DNA of 64,000 nucleotides from Anolis carolinensis. Taxonomy: Eukaryota. The position numbers were made by a program, and so were the translations under genes. The notes under the pieces were generated by a model. That model saw only the letters and a list, made by a program, of their open reading frames with translations. It was not told the origin of the DNA and did no database searches. The DNA lies in contig NC_085843.1 of the NCBI RefSeq assembly GCF_035594765.1, positions 206,809,971-206,873,970 of the forward strand, in the 5' to 3' direction. Shown piece after piece: positions 52,301-63,683 of this stretch; position 1 is the stretch's first letter, and every line of letters begins with the position of its first letter.

Positions 52301-55300
52301 TGATAGGTAAGCCGGACAGGAGACAGGACAGAAAAGGCCAAGCATGTTTATTTCTCCCCCCCCCCCCCCCCCCAAACCCTTGTCAGCACTATAGTCTGAA
52401 GAAATTCACGTTAGGTTCCAACTTACTTTGTTAAAAATAATGAACTTCGATGGTTTCTTTTTCTTTTGTTAGGATTCTGCAACCTGGCTTATACCCATTT
52501 TGCAAGATATGTTAAGGCATATCTTTCAGTTCTGTATTTTAGAAAGTAATCAAGAAATTCTGGAACTAATACATAAGGTATGTATCATTGTAGAACTTAA
52601 ATTCACTGCCTTTCTATAGAATCATAGAATAGTAGAGTTGGAAGAGACCTCATGGGTCATCCAGTCCAACCCCCTGCCAAGAAGCAGGAAATCGCATTCA
52701 AAGCACCCCCGAGAGATGGCCATCCAGCCTCTACTTAAAAGCTTCCAAAGAAGGAGCCTCCACCATAGTCCGGGGGAGAGAGTTCCACTGCCAAACAGCT
52801 CTCACAGTGAGGAAGTTCTTCTTGATGTTCAAGTGGAATCTCCTTTCCTGTAGTTTGAAACCATTGTTCCGCGTCCTAGTCTGGAGGGCAGCAGAAAACA
52901 AGCTTGTTCCCTCCTCCCTATGACTTCCCCTCACATATTTGTACATGGCTATCATAGGGCTTGTTCTCCAGACCTTTGATCATTTTAGTTGCCCTCCTCT
53001 GGACACATTCCAGCTTGTCAACATCTCCCTTCAACTGTGGTGCCCAGAATTGGACACAGTATTCCAGGTGTGGTCTGACCACACACATAGATGTGAATGT
53101 TTGTCCTTGGGTATGATTGTCTTTTTTTCCTTCTTTTCATAGGTGTGGCTTGAACTGTTAAGCAAGGCTACCGTACAATACGTAGTAGCAGCTGCATGTC
53201 CGTGGATGGGAGCTTGGCTCTGCTTAATGATGCAGCCTTCTCATTTGCCCATTGATTTGAATATGTTGCTAGAAGTGAAAGCTAAACAGAAGGTCAGAAA
53301 GGAAAATGCAATAGACGACATTGCAACAATATTGTTTTTAATACCATATCAGCTGGAATTGAATACTTGTAACACCGCAATAGTTTTTCACTTAATTTAA
53401 GTAATTCAGGGTCACAGTTGTTGTTTTGTTTATTTATACTCTCCCCCCCCCCAAGATTTTGACTGAAAGAGCCATAATTTCTGTCAGACAATATATGTTG
53501 GCACTTTACATATCCTTGGCCTAAGCATGAAAATCCAGTATTGAAAAATAATAGCATGGGCAGTTATATAACATTGTCCTTTTTATTCTTAAAAAATTCA
53601 GAATTACTATTAAATAGCCAAATCATCTTTTAAAACTACTGATTACATGGACTATATCATAGTGTTTGTGTTTATGGTTAACTTTGCAATGTCTTTGTAC
53701 GGTATGCACAGCTGTACATATACTGCATATGTAAAGTATAAAGTATTGTTACACCTTATACCCAATATGTTTTTCTTCTATTCATTCATTCCCCCTAGTT
53801 TCGGTGTTGAGATCAGAAAGATTGAACACAAATATTTAAATGTTAAGCACATATATATGGGGTTAGAAGCCAGAAATAATTTCTGCCAGAAAGCAAGTCT
53901 ATAGAAGTACTTGGGAGCAGAGTTGCTCCATTTCCACACTTTCCACAGAATTAAAGATAAAAGCTGGTGATGCAGAATTAAAGATAAAGGCTTGTTTTCC
54001 ACAAGCCTGAACCCTATATACATCTGTCTTCAGAGGCCACTGACCCTTCTCCCCTAATATGGCTCAGCATAACTATGTAAAAAACCTATTTTCAGTGATA
54101 GGGTTAAAAGGTTTTTAAAGGGCAAGATGGCTCCCAGGTTCTTTACAATTGTTTTTATTGTGGGTTTTATTGTAGTAGTAAAGTCAGGCGTCCACATTCA
54201 TTCGGTTTAAGGACAGGGAAACCCCTGTGAAAGTGAGAAACATGATGGTATATCTCTGTAGAAATTTCTAGGTCCTCCAGGATGACTCTGTGGTCAACTT
54301 CTGATGGAAGCTGACCATACAATTACACTAAGGGACCTAGACATTTATAGGGTGAAAATTTTAATCCACAAATGTGGAGGGTCGATTGTAGTAGTAGTAC
54401 TCAAAACAGAAAGGGGTCTTTTGGACCTCCCTGGGAAGTGAGTTCCTGAACCCAAGGACATCCACCAAGAAGGCCCTTTCTTGTGTTCCCACCAACTATG
54501 TTTACAATCATCTCAGCACTCAGTCAAGCTGTTTATGTATTCATTAACGAGAGGACAGGACAAAGTAATGTAGTCCTTTTTTCTGGTAAGGAAGGTGGAA
54601 TTGAGTGAGAGAATCTAGTTGCGAACAGCATTGTATCTAAAGGGGAGATCTTGTAAATTCCATGCTTCAATCAGTTTGCAAAGCTTCCTTGTTCTTAAAA
54701 ACAATATTGCTGTTGAAATAAAATCATACAATTGACAATTGATTAGAAAACATGTATTTTCAAGCAGCAGGAGGAAAGCTTGAGGATATCTGTTCAGTTC
54801 CAGAGAAAGAGATAGTGCTATTGGAAGGCATAATAAGATACTGCCTTAAAAAAGCAGCTGTGCATATGGAAAAGGAGAGAAATGAAATATGATTTGGGAC
54901 TTTCACGCCCTCATCTTACCAGTCAAACTTTCTGTATATCCTAGAAAAGGAGCAGAGAAGAAAAGGCAAAAACCCTTGCAAATGATATTTAGAACTAGAG
55001 AACAGATATTCTCTTTCCAAAATATAGCCCCCCTGCTATTTTATCTGCTAAAGTGCAACCTCTCTCTTTTAGATTTCTTACTTTCCGAGTTTAGATTTTC
55101 TCATCTGTTGATAAGTTGGTGTGTAATCATGGTTGTAAGACCTTGCTACCTAAAGGTCATTGAATGGTTTGAATAGTTTTTGTTGGCTATTTTATTATCC
55201 TTTTTCATTTCAACAGTTTGACACAAAAATTTCTGCCACTAGCACTTGCAAATATACAAGCAAGTAGTTAGTCTAGGCTGTTGATGTCAAGATCTTTCAA

Positions 55301-58300
55301 GTATTGATGATTGGTGGTATGAGTGTCCTCACTGTTTGAGAAGAGTTTGGAACAAAAGACTAATGGTGTGGGTCCTAGAGAGAAGGAGTGGCTATCAAAA
55401 GTTCAAGTAGAATAGTATGATAAAAATATGCACTCCCAGTGTTTGGAGTTGAGTTTTAATTTTAAAAAATTATATGTGAAATTAAAGGGGACACTCACCT
55501 AAAAAACACCTTCTATCTTTTTCACAGGAAAAGATTGGTGGCAAAGTGCGGCAAGGTCAAGCCCAGACTAAAGAAGTGATACAAGAATACATTGCTGGTG
55601 CAGAAAGCATTGCTGAAGATCCAGCAACCAGGGATTATGTTGTTATGAGAGCCAGGATGATGGCAGCAAAGTTAGTTTATTATTGAAAATCTTAAACAAA
55701 ATATTTAAGCATAAGGATTTATAGACAAGATGCTTTTAATATAGCTCAAATTAAAATTGTACAGAACACTATGTTACTTGAAATGTAACTAATATAAAAT
55801 TGATTGTTGTTTCAGATTGCTTGGAGCACTCTGCTGTTGTATTTGTGATCAGAGTGTGAATGCCATCTCCCAAGAAATAAAGCCAGCTGAATCACTAGCT
55901 CAGCTATTGCTTTTCCACTTGAATTCCAAGTCAGCTTTGCAAAGGTTTAGTGTCGCATTAGTAATCTGTGAGTGGGCTGCCTTGCAGAAGGTAGGACACT
56001 TGCTGCTATGAAAATGATATTGTTTTAAAATATAAATCATTTTTGCCATGGTTCGGCACGCTTAAGTTATAATTTTGCAACAGATTACATTTTACGGTGT
56101 TGATAAGTGAAATGCAAAATTACTAATTTTCAGGTTGAAAATGTGTAATTTCCAGAATTTGAAGCACAGCAAGCAGGGACCAAAAATGCTTTCATATAAG
56201 CAGAAAGTGAGGCTGTCTTTTTTAATGGGAATATTGACTTCTATGTAGCATAAAACTGTTTTCAGAAATAATTCAGAGTTTATGAGTGGGTGATAATACA
56301 AACATTTGCAATCTTTTTGGGAACTCAGTTTACTGTTCCTTCCCACTGTGGTCCAGGTAACAACCAAGAATCATAACTTTTGTTTTATTCGTATAGTATA
56401 CTTATTAGCAAGCCCTGTTTATCACTTTTTTATCATTGTGGTTACACATTGGCTTTTGCATTATTATTGCTAAACATCAATTTTCTCTATTGGAATTATG
56501 ACACTGTGCTTTAAATGTCGTTCTTCAAAAAACCTGGTGATCACTTAGACTCAATATGTAAAAATGGCCCACTTGTTAGCAATATTATGATTGAAATCTA
56601 TTTTCATTTCTAGGAAAATAAAGTGGTGGCTCTTGCTGTCCAGTCACGCTTGCTTAGTGTCCTCTCTGAGCATCTTTATTATGATGAAATTGCTATCCCC
56701 TTCACTCGAATGCAGAATGAATGTAAACAACTCATTTCCTCATTTACTGATGCAAATATTGATGTTGCCAGCAGGGTAAACTGCAGTGTATTTACAATAG
56801 ATCAAGCTAATGAACTGGTGAGTAAATCGGTGAAAAAGCTAGCCTTTCATGCTTAAATGAACAGTATGACAAGTTACCTGAAGGGTTGCAGCAGCAAATG
56901 GATAAAAAGCAAACTATTGTATCACTGAAGGTGGTTCTAAAAATAATCTTGTTCATCCATACATATAGATACAGTCTAAGTGCTGTGTCCTTGATCCTTT
57001 GATTTATGTTGGACTGTAACTTCCATCATCCCACGCTAGTGGTCATGGATGATATGAGTCATAATCTAAAGCATCTCTGGGCCTAAAGTTGATATCTTGA
57101 GTTAACTCTTTTAAGAGTGGGATGGCATCCCTTCCTCAGTCCATCAGTGGCAGCCACAGGCAGATCGTTATTTTGCATATAAGGTTGTGCTAATGTTCCA
57201 CTTTGACAGCTAAGATTTTTAAGCATTTCAGATTCTCTAGGTTTAGAAGTTACACTTTAAATGTCAGTGTATTAATTCTTCAAGAGGGAAGTTTGTAATG
57301 CCAAGAGAATAGAGACATGCTAGACCTTTAAAGGAGTGACACAATCTGAAAGAATACATTACTTTTTTTTTAACTGTACCCACTTTCCAATAAGAAATAA
57401 GCTCAATTGTAAATGAGCTCATTGTAAAAATTGTGAAAACCCAATTGTAAATAAGCACATAGATTTCAGATCTATTAGCCAGATATTGTGAGTAATACTG
57501 TAGCTATTTTGTCTTCTTCTAATTATAGATATAGAAAAGCCAGTGGGTTTGTCTTTGATAAGGTTAAGCATTATTGCTTCTGAAGAAAAAAAATAGGTAT
57601 TGCAACTATTGTTCACCTCTTTGTTATGTTGGAATATGCTGGTTCTTCCTATATCCCATTTTGTATTGTATCTGGTGATGAAAGGACTCTAGTTCCTCTG
57701 TTTATGTTATTAAATGGGAAACATGTAGAATGTGCCATAATCAGTCCGTTGCTTTCAACTTCAGTGCTATGAAGAAGCAAAACCTTCTATCCTAGGGTGG
57801 TCATGAGCGTGGTCACATTTGAGTGAAACGGCAGCCAGGATCCAGTGATGTATTTTCACTGGATTATGTTGCTTCTGCTGATAAAGTTCGGTAGGAGTGA
57901 TCTCCCCTCCTGTGGCTCTTGTACACCCTAAAAGGTGTTACAGAAGATAGGAAATCCTGTGGAACAGGTTCTTAGTGCTACAAAGGGTTACAATGGGAAG
58001 AAGAAAATCCCAATTCTGCTGGCAGAAGTACACACACACCCTGCAGAAGTACTTTGTTGGCTCCTAGCCGCTGTGTCTCTCTTGATGACAGATTTGCAGA
58101 TGGAGCTTTTCAAAAACACTACCTCTGTCTTTTTTATTGTGGTGCTGCTGTTGCAAAGATAACATTCTGCATAAGCCAGTTGTCCTCCATTATACATACA
58201 GTGTGTTTGGACCATAGCATGACTTTACTAAATACACATTTTAAAATAGTCATGTATTATTTCTTTATTAGACAGTTAACCATGTTAATTTATATATACT

Positions 58301-61300
58301 AACTGGTCTATTAAGATTGCTCTAGACCAGTGCTTCTCAAACTCTGTTCCTCCAGGTGTTTTGGACTTACTAGCTTCAGGAATTGGGGGAGTTGAAGTCC
58401 AAAACAACTTGAGGGCACCGTTTGAGAAACTGTGCTCTAGACACTTGCCTTCCATCTACTTATGGTATTGAGAGAAGCCCACGCCATGTTTATCTTCATA
58501 AATATTTATTTTTAAAATACTGTTTGGTAAAGTTTAATTTTTTAAACGTCTAGGCAAAGAACATGGGGTAGGGAATGCCTCTGACTACTGTATATGAACA
58601 TAGTAGATATATAGAAGTATAGCTTTGGATTGTTTCTGTACCAGTTAAGATGTTACAGTCATCAGCCTGGAGGCGAATGTTCTTTACAAATTTTCCACAT
58701 AGTATTCTGGGTGATGAAGAAAAGGAAGCAATTTTTAGTCTCAAAGGTAATATAAGGAAACCAATATGATTGTGATGTAGGAACTTATCATTGCAGGCTA
58801 ATGAAACATGAGAATACAAGAAGATAATGTGTTTATATGTAGTGTGGATGTATTTAGACGCTTTAGAAAATCTTGCTCAGTGTACTGTAGGTTTATTGCC
58901 ATTCTCCATTATTGACTTTCCAGCTTTGGCTTTTTTGTTTAGAACACTATAGCACATATATAGATATGCCCAGTGCCTCTCCAACCAGGTTTTAAGTGTA
59001 GTCTTCTTGTGAACTTGAATATACATTCTGCTACTTCTGGAGATGGGAGACAGCATGGTGTTGAGTGGTTTGAGTGATGAACTATGATTCTGTAACCCAG
59101 AGCTTAAATTCCTGCTCAGCCATGAAAACTTCTGTGTGACATTGGACAACTCTCAGCCTCAGAGGATGTCAAAAGTAAGCCCCTCTGAAAAAATTCTGCC
59201 CTAAGTCAAAAATGACTTGAAGGCACGCAACAGAAACAACAAATGTCTAGTAATACAACAGTTACCTGTGTAACAACATTATGGAAGAGTATCAATTTAT
59301 ATAGCAACTAGCTGTGCCCGGCCACGCGTTGCTGTGGCAAAGTATGGTGGTATGGGAAATAAAGTATTGAGGAATTGGTGGTAGTTAAGGTCAAGGGTAA
59401 AGGTTTTCTCCTGACATTAAGTCCAGTCGTGTCTTACTCTGGAGGTTGGTGCTCATCTCCATTTCTAAGCCGAAGAGCCGGCGTTGTCCGTAGACTCCTC
59501 CAAGGTCATGTGGGATGACTACATGGAGCGGCGTTACCTTCCCGCCGGAGCAGTACCTATTGATGCACTCACATTTGCATGTTTTCGAACTTCTGGGTTG
59601 GCAGAAGCTGGGGCTAACAGTGGGGGCTCTCTCCGCTCCCCCAATTCAAACCTGTGGCCTTTCGGTCCAGAAGTTCAGCAGTTCAGCGCTTTAACACGCT
59701 GCGCCATCAGGGGATATTATTTCCTAAAGGTTGTGAATATACAATATTTCTGATTGGTTTTTTTTGTTTGTTGGAGGCAAGTATGAATGCTGCAATTAGG
59801 AAAAATGATTAGGATGTAATGGCCTTGCAGCTTTAAAGCCTGGCTGTTTCCTCCCTGAGTGAATTTTTTGTTGGGAGGTGTTAGCTGGCCCTGATTGTTT
59901 CCTGTCTGGAATTCCCTTGTTTTCAGAGTGGTGTTGTTTGCGATATTTTATGTGCTTCTACTGTCTGTGGCCCTGAGAAAACAGAGGATTTTCCAGACTT
60001 TGATGATGGGAATACTTTGTTGGGAGGTGTTAGCTGGCCCTGATTGTTTCCTGTCTGGAATTCCCTTGTTTTCAGAGTGGTGTTGTTTGCGATATTTTAT
60101 GTGCTTCTACTGTCTGTGGCCCTGAGAAAACAGGATTTGCCAGACTTTGATGATGGGAATACTTTGTTGGGAGGTGTTAGCTGGCCATGATTGTTTCCTG
60201 TCTGGAATTCCCTTGTTTTCAGAGTGGTGTTGTTTGCGATATTTTATGTGCTTCTACTGTCTGTGGCCCTGAGAAAACAGGATTTGCCAGACTTTGATGA
60301 TGGGAATACTTTGTTGGGAGGTGTTAGCTGGCCCTGATTGTTTCCTGTGTGGAATTCCCTTGTTTTCAGAGTGGTGTTGTTTGCGATATTTTATGTGCTT
60401 CTACTGTCTGTGGCCCTGAGAAAACAGGATTTGCCAGACTTTGATGATGGGAATACTTTGTTGGGAGGTGTTAGCTGGCCCTGATTGTTTCCTGTGTGGA
60501 ATTCCCCTGTTTATTTACTGTCCTGGTTTTAGAGATTATATTGTTCTGCATTATTCTATCCCAGTAATTATTTCATATTAAAGAAGAATCTCACTTATCC
60601 AACATTCGCTTATACAATGTTCTGGATTATCCAACGCAGTCTGCCTTTTCATAATCAATGTTTTTGTAGTCAGTGTTTTAAATACATTGTGATATTTTAG
60701 TGGTAAATTTGTAAATACAGTACAGTAGAGTCTCACTTATCCAACATAAACGGGCCGGCAGAACGTTGGATAAGCGAATATGTTGGATAATGAGAAATTA
60801 AGGATAACCCTATTAAACATCAAATTAAGTTATGATTTTACAAATTAAGCACCAAAACATCATGTTAGACAACAAATTTGTCAGAAAAAGTAGTTCAGTA
60901 CACAGTAATGCTATATAGTAATTACTGTATTTATGAATTTAGCACCAAAATATCACGATATATTGAAACGTTGACTACAAAAATGCATTGGATAATCCAG
61001 AACGTTGGATAAGCGAGTGTTGGATAAGTGAGACTCTACTGTAAATACTATATAGCATTACTGCGCATGGAACTACTTTTTCTGTCAAATTTGTTGTATA
61101 ATATGATGTTTTGGTGCTTAATTTGTATAATGATTACCTAATTTGATGTTTAATTGGCTTTTCCTGAATCCCTTCTTATTATCCAACATATTCACTTATC
61201 CTGCCGGCCTGTTTACGTTGGATAAGTGAGACTCTACTGTATATTTCTAATCTTATATTATCTGCTCAGAACTGGATTATATGAGGCTCCTTCTTCACAG

Positions 61301-63683
61301 CTGTATAAAATGCACACTGAAGTGGATTATAGGGCAGTGTGGAGTCAAGATAATCCAGTGCAAAGCAGATAATATAAGATTATAAATGGGTTATATAGCT
61401 GTGTTGAAGGGCCTTGAGTCTACACTGCCATATAATCCAGTGCAAATTAGATCATCTGTGGAAGAAGTCTAAGTGAGGCCTAAATCTGCCTGTCCCCTAA
61501 CTGAAACCTGGCTGTCCCTTGGTTGCTAGGCAACCAAGTGGGCAGAGATTAGCCCTCTAAACTGGCAGCAATTGGATAAAAACAATTATTGCTCTCCCTG
61601 TAATTAGGACTTTATTTTTCTTTTCTTTTTGTTGTATCAACCTTGAGGCGTGGATGATGGGTTGTGTTGTCAAATTTTGAGGTTGGGGGGCCTGTACTTT
61701 TGTTGTTTTGTGAATCGCCGTGATGCCATCACTCTTTTATATATATAGATATGTGTCATTGTTTTCTATATTTTACTGTCCTTTCTTTCACACATAGTAA
61801 TTGGGATGTTTTTGTTCTTGACTAATTTTTCTTAGGTCAGCACAATCTTCAGTGAAGTCACATCCCCTCTTAATCTGAATCCTCCAATTTTACAGCAGCT
61901 TGAAAGCAAACGACAGCAAATCCAAATGACTGTTACTGAAACAAATCAGGAATGGCAAACGTTACACTTGAGAGTACATACTTTTACTGCTTGTGCTGTT
62001 GTCAATCTGGAACAGCTTCCAGACAAATTAAATCCAGTCATAAAACCATTGATGGAGGCAGTGAAGAAAGAAGAAAACATATTGGTTCAAAATTATGCTG
62101 CTTTGTGTATAGCAAAGCTACTTCAGCAGTCCACAACACGGTCTCCGTGTCCTAATTCTAAGATAATAAAAAATCTTTGTAATTCACTCTGTGTGGATCC
62201 CCATCTCACTCCTTTAGCGTCATGCCCTGCACAACCCTTGAGTAGCCATGAAAATTCAAAAGGTGAGTCAACAATAAGTAATTAAAATGACAGGGAATGT
62301 CAGCCATTGTTTCCAAGACAACTGTTGATGTTTCCAACTGGATTAGATAATGTACCTCAAACAGGATTAGATAGTGTACCTAATTCTCAGATACTAGGAA
62401 TGAATCAACTGGATCCCAAAAGTGGAATTTTGACAAACTGTCCCATTTTTTTGTAGTCAGCTGTGAAATTGGTATTGTTCACTGATGATCCTTTATGAAT
62501 GTTTGTTTGGGAATCTGAAGAATTTCTAGATTCTGAGAAAATTATATTGCATGAGGGCCTAAAATGTTTTAAATCAGAGTGCTATGCACTTATTACAAAC
62601 TACAGTTGTACTTGTAGTATTTTCAAAGGGTGGTTTTTAAAAAAATGAGGAACATTTTAAATGAGTAATAGTTTCATTGTTACACTTTCAGTGTTTCAAG
62701 TTTCTAAAAGGAGTTGAATACATTTGGATGTCAGTTTCCTGTGCACAAATGCTTATTTAGGTGTTGACTTTCTCTACGAACTCACTCATAAGAGCAGTTT
62801 GAGAGCTTTAAAGTGTCTTCCTCGATTCTTACAGGTGTGGGGAGGGAGAGAAGAAATTAGTTTAGATACTTAAAGATGAATATGTCTATGAAATACCAGG
62901 ATGGATCCTATATCTGATAACCATGTTTCATTAATTCACTGTCCCCAATGATTACAGTGGTGGATTTGTGTGAAACAGAATATCTTTTCCAAAGCTGATC
63001 CCAGGAAAGAGTGTGGAAATGACTTCCAAAATTTATCCTTACTAATTTCATTTCTACCAAGTAATAATGTATACCTGTTTTTTATTGTCCCCACTAGTAT
63101 GCCACTTTGTTAAGTAGCTTCAGTCACATCAATTTGATAGTTTCTATTACAGTAGATCCCCTAAATTAGTTTTGGAATGCTAGGTGGATACTTACATAAG
63201 TACTGTTGATCCACTATTTCTAATAGGAAGCAGCAACTGGATTTAGGCCTTTTCATTTTGTAGTGATTGATCTAGCGACCATTCTTCTTTTTAGATTTGA
63301 TCTTCTAGGTTTATTTGTGAATTGATATTTCAGACTCAGCGTTTTCTTTCTGTTCCTCCTTCCAAATTTCTTATAGGTAAACTTCTGTTGATAGGTTACC
63401 ATGTTGGTTCTATCAGTGCAGTCATCTTGTTGTAAAAATGTTTTCCGTTATTTGCTGTGAAAATGTTTCCAATTATCTTTATTTCTTTTTAGGATCAAAT
63501 TCTGAAAGAGATGGCATGCACCACACGGTCACCAAACATAGGGGTATAATCACACTGTACAGACATCAGAAAGCTGCATTTGCCATCACAAGCCGACGAG
63601 GCCCGACGCCAAAGGCCCCAAAAGCTCAGATGGGAGATCTTCCTACAAGCAGCAGTGGAAACATAACTACAGAGCTTGATGAA
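19612..63683 (+). CDS. BTAF1: BTAF1 (TATA-binding protein-associated factor 172, Mot1 orthologue), spliced, 5' part only: 21 coding exons, 1009 codons, N-terminal HEAT-repeat region; the Snf2 ATPase exons lie beyond the window
   Basis: Exons joined at GT-AG sites give one open frame [40 protein letters not shown]...GNITTELDE, recognisable as vertebrate BTAF1; exon lengths sum to 3027 nt and all phases are compatible. Confidence 0.97.
19866..20150. mobile_element. Nested Harbinger-like MITEs at the start of intron 1 (more at 20597-20708, 21670-21820 and 22512-22799)
   Basis: Multiple (g)gcccttccacacagc termini. Confidence 0.72.
20711..21532 (+). mobile_element. CR1 LINE 3' fragment (degenerate RT end and 3' UTR)
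   Basis: [10 protein letters not shown]...[23 protein letters not shown], (attctat)-type tail. Confidence 0.85.
21880..22160 (+). mobile_element. RTE-X-like LINE 3' fragment
   Basis: [39 protein letters not shown] zinc-knuckle terminus. Confidence 0.6.
22800..23290 (+). mobile_element. Second RTE-X-like LINE 3' fragment
   Basis: [27 protein letters not shown] followed by a frameshifted CxC...H...C, ending near aataaaa. Confidence 0.55.
24625..24840 (+). mobile_element. Degenerate 5S rRNA-headed SINE with an RTE/BovB-type tail
   Basis: gatcttggaagttaa...gttagtacttg...ggagaccacc...caggtgctgtaggc follows the 5S rRNA A/IE/C boxes, then aaccacctctg...cttgcttaagaaaac. Confidence 0.7.
28200..28488 (-). 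mobile_element. Sauria-type SINE
   Basis: Homologous to 10912-11230 on the reverse strand. Confidence 0.82.
32116..32438 (+). mobile_element. Tc1/mariner(pogo)-type MITE, free copy
   Basis: TA|CAGTAGAGTCTCACTTA...TAAGTGAGACTCTACTG|TA. Confidence 0.9.
32690..33588 (-). mobile_element. Solo LTR, probably Ty3/Gypsy, antisense in BTAF1 intron 1
   Basis: TG...CA ends (tgtca...tcaca), perfect 5-bp TSD CATAT (32685-32689, 33589-33593), 899 bp; orientation inferred from the ORF and the degenerate polyA-signal region. Confidence 0.88.
34255..35220 (-). mobile_element. L2 LINE 3' fragment
   Basis: [46 protein letters not shown]. Confidence 0.85.
36044..36167 (+). CDS. BTAF1: BTAF1 exon 2
   Basis: ttag|A CTT GAT CGT...GCT AAA|gtaagt; [41 protein letters not shown]. 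Confidence 0.96.
37161..37275 (+). CDS. BTAF1: BTAF1 exon 3
   Basis: acag|[38 protein letters not shown]|gtgctg. Confidence 0.95.
37537..37683 (+). CDS. BTAF1: BTAF1 exon 4
   Basis: ctag|...[31 protein letters not shown]|gtattt. Confidence 0.95.
38541..38675. mobile_element. hAT MITE
   Basis: cagtggttcccaac TIRs, TSD cattag(cg/ta). Confidence 0.8.
39562..39725 (+). CDS. BTAF1: BTAF1 exon 5
   Basis: taag|[42 protein letters not shown]...KQP|gtagat. Confidence 0.95.
40167..40303 (+). CDS. BTAF1: BTAF1 exon 6
   Basis: tcag|[45 protein letters not shown]|gtactg. Confidence 0.95.
41414..41525 (+). CDS. BTAF1: BTAF1 exon 7
   Basis: ttag|[37 protein letters not shown]|gtacag. Confidence 0.92.
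41910..42044. mobile_element. hAT MITE
   Basis: TIRs, perfect 8-bp TSD gtgtaaaa. Confidence 0.85.
43364..43432 (+). CDS. BTAF1: BTAF1 exon 8
   Basis: ttag|[23 protein letters not shown]|gtaaac. Confidence 0.96.
44200..44289 (+). CDS. BTAF1: BTAF1 exon 9
   Basis: tcag|[30 protein letters not shown]|gtaaaa. Confidence 0.96.
44785..46330 (+). mobile_element. L2 LINE 3' 1.5 kb, degenerate RT
   Basis: [43 protein letters not shown]; 3' stem-loop gagtcccttcgggga and (TTA)n tail. Confidence 0.88.
46678..46773 (+). CDS. BTAF1: BTAF1 exon 10
   Basis: atag|[32 protein letters not shown]|gtaagt. Confidence 0.96.
46873..47049 (+). CDS. BTAF1: BTAF1 exon 11
   Basis: ttag|[14 protein letters not shown]...[19 protein letters not shown]|gtatgg. 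Confidence 0.96.
48224..48364 (+). CDS. BTAF1: BTAF1 exon 12
   Basis: gcag|[47 protein letters not shown]|gtgagt. Confidence 0.96.
48489..48613 (+). CDS. BTAF1: BTAF1 exon 13
   Basis: ttag|[41 protein letters not shown]|gtaatc. Confidence 0.96.
49064..49317 (-). mobile_element. 5'-truncated R4/Dong copy of a more divergent subfamily, in BTAF1 intron 13
   Basis: Encodes ...[54 protein letters not shown], shares acacttcccaagtgtctagg with the other copies, (TAA)n on both sides. Confidence 0.9.
49800..50240 (+). mobile_element. Degenerate DIRS-type tyrosine recombinase fragment
   Basis: [26 protein letters not shown] then a frameshifted TFIKHHRL resembles the DIRS1 YR C-terminus (AHSTR...EIC.AATW...TF..HYRL). 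Confidence 0.55.
50489..50760. mobile_element. Two adjacent hAT MITEs (50489-50620 and 50645-50760)
   Basis: CAGTGGTT TIRs; the first has TSD atataa(a/g)c. Confidence 0.78.
51338..51458 (+). CDS. BTAF1: BTAF1 exon 14
   Basis: ccag|[40 protein letters not shown]|gtaaga. Confidence 0.96.
51840..52320 (-). mobile_element. L2 LINE 3' fragment (older ones at about 29560-29992 and 49370-49700)
   Basis: YEPARALRS motif and L2 3' UTR with a (TAAA)n tail. Confidence 0.78.
52473..52577 (+). CDS. BTAF1: BTAF1 exon 15
   Basis: ttag|[35 protein letters not shown]|gtatgt. Confidence 0.96.
52616..53078 (-). mobile_element. CR1 LINE 3' fragment with an internal deletion (small CR1 tails also at about 20350-20565 and 30175-30376)
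   Basis: [16 protein letters not shown]...[28 protein letters not shown]; atagaatcatagaat tail. Confidence 0.87.
53143..53292 (+). CDS. BTAF1: BTAF1 exon 16
   Basis: atag|[50 protein letters not shown]|gtcaga. Confidence 0.96.
55528..55670 (+). CDS. BTAF1: BTAF1 exon 17
   Basis: acag|[47 protein letters not shown]|gttagt. Confidence 0.96.
55816..55990 (+). CDS. BTAF1: BTAF1 exon 18
   Basis: tcag|[58 protein letters not shown]|gtagga. Confidence 0.96.
56614..56817 (+). CDS. BTAF1: BTAF1 exon 19
   Basis: ctag|[40 protein letters not shown]...DQANEL|gtgagt. Confidence 0.96.
58328..58434. mobile_element. hAT MITE
   Basis: Degenerate TIRs, perfect 8-bp TSD ctctagac. Confidence 0.8.
59388..59712 (-). 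mobile_element. Sauria-type SINE inside Helitron 2
   Basis: Homologous to 10912-11230 on the reverse strand. Confidence 0.82.
59868..60508. repeat. 147-bp tandem repeat, about 4.3 copies, inside Helitron 2
   Basis: gggaggtgttagctggcc starts at 59873, 60022, 60169, 60316 and 60463 (periods 149, 147, 147, 147); units are nearly identical. Confidence 0.95.
60723..61041 (+). mobile_element. Tc1/mariner-type MITE nested inside a same-family MITE (about 60581-61239, opposite orientation) within Helitron 2
   Basis: Perfect TIRs and TA TSD, interrupting the host MITE at tacagTA. Confidence 0.88.
61836..62262 (+). CDS. BTAF1: BTAF1 exon 20
   Basis: ttag|[40 protein letters not shown]...SHENSK|gtgagt. 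Confidence 0.96.
63493..63683 (+). CDS. BTAF1: BTAF1 exon 21
   Basis: ttag|[40 protein letters not shown]...TELDE|gtgagt. Confidence 0.96.

Larger units (their letters stand above)
59308..61749 (-). mobile_element. Non-autonomous Helitron, copy 2, in BTAF1 intron 19
   Basis: The - strand reads A|TCTATATATATAAAA...gccacagcaacgcgtggccgggcacagCTAG|T; about 870 bp of 5' sequence is homologous to copy 1. Confidence 0.88.

Noticed and set aside
56614-56817. Possible intron loss relative to mammals within exon 19
   Set aside because: Rests only on an uncertain memory of the human exon structure; it needs an exon-boundary alignment
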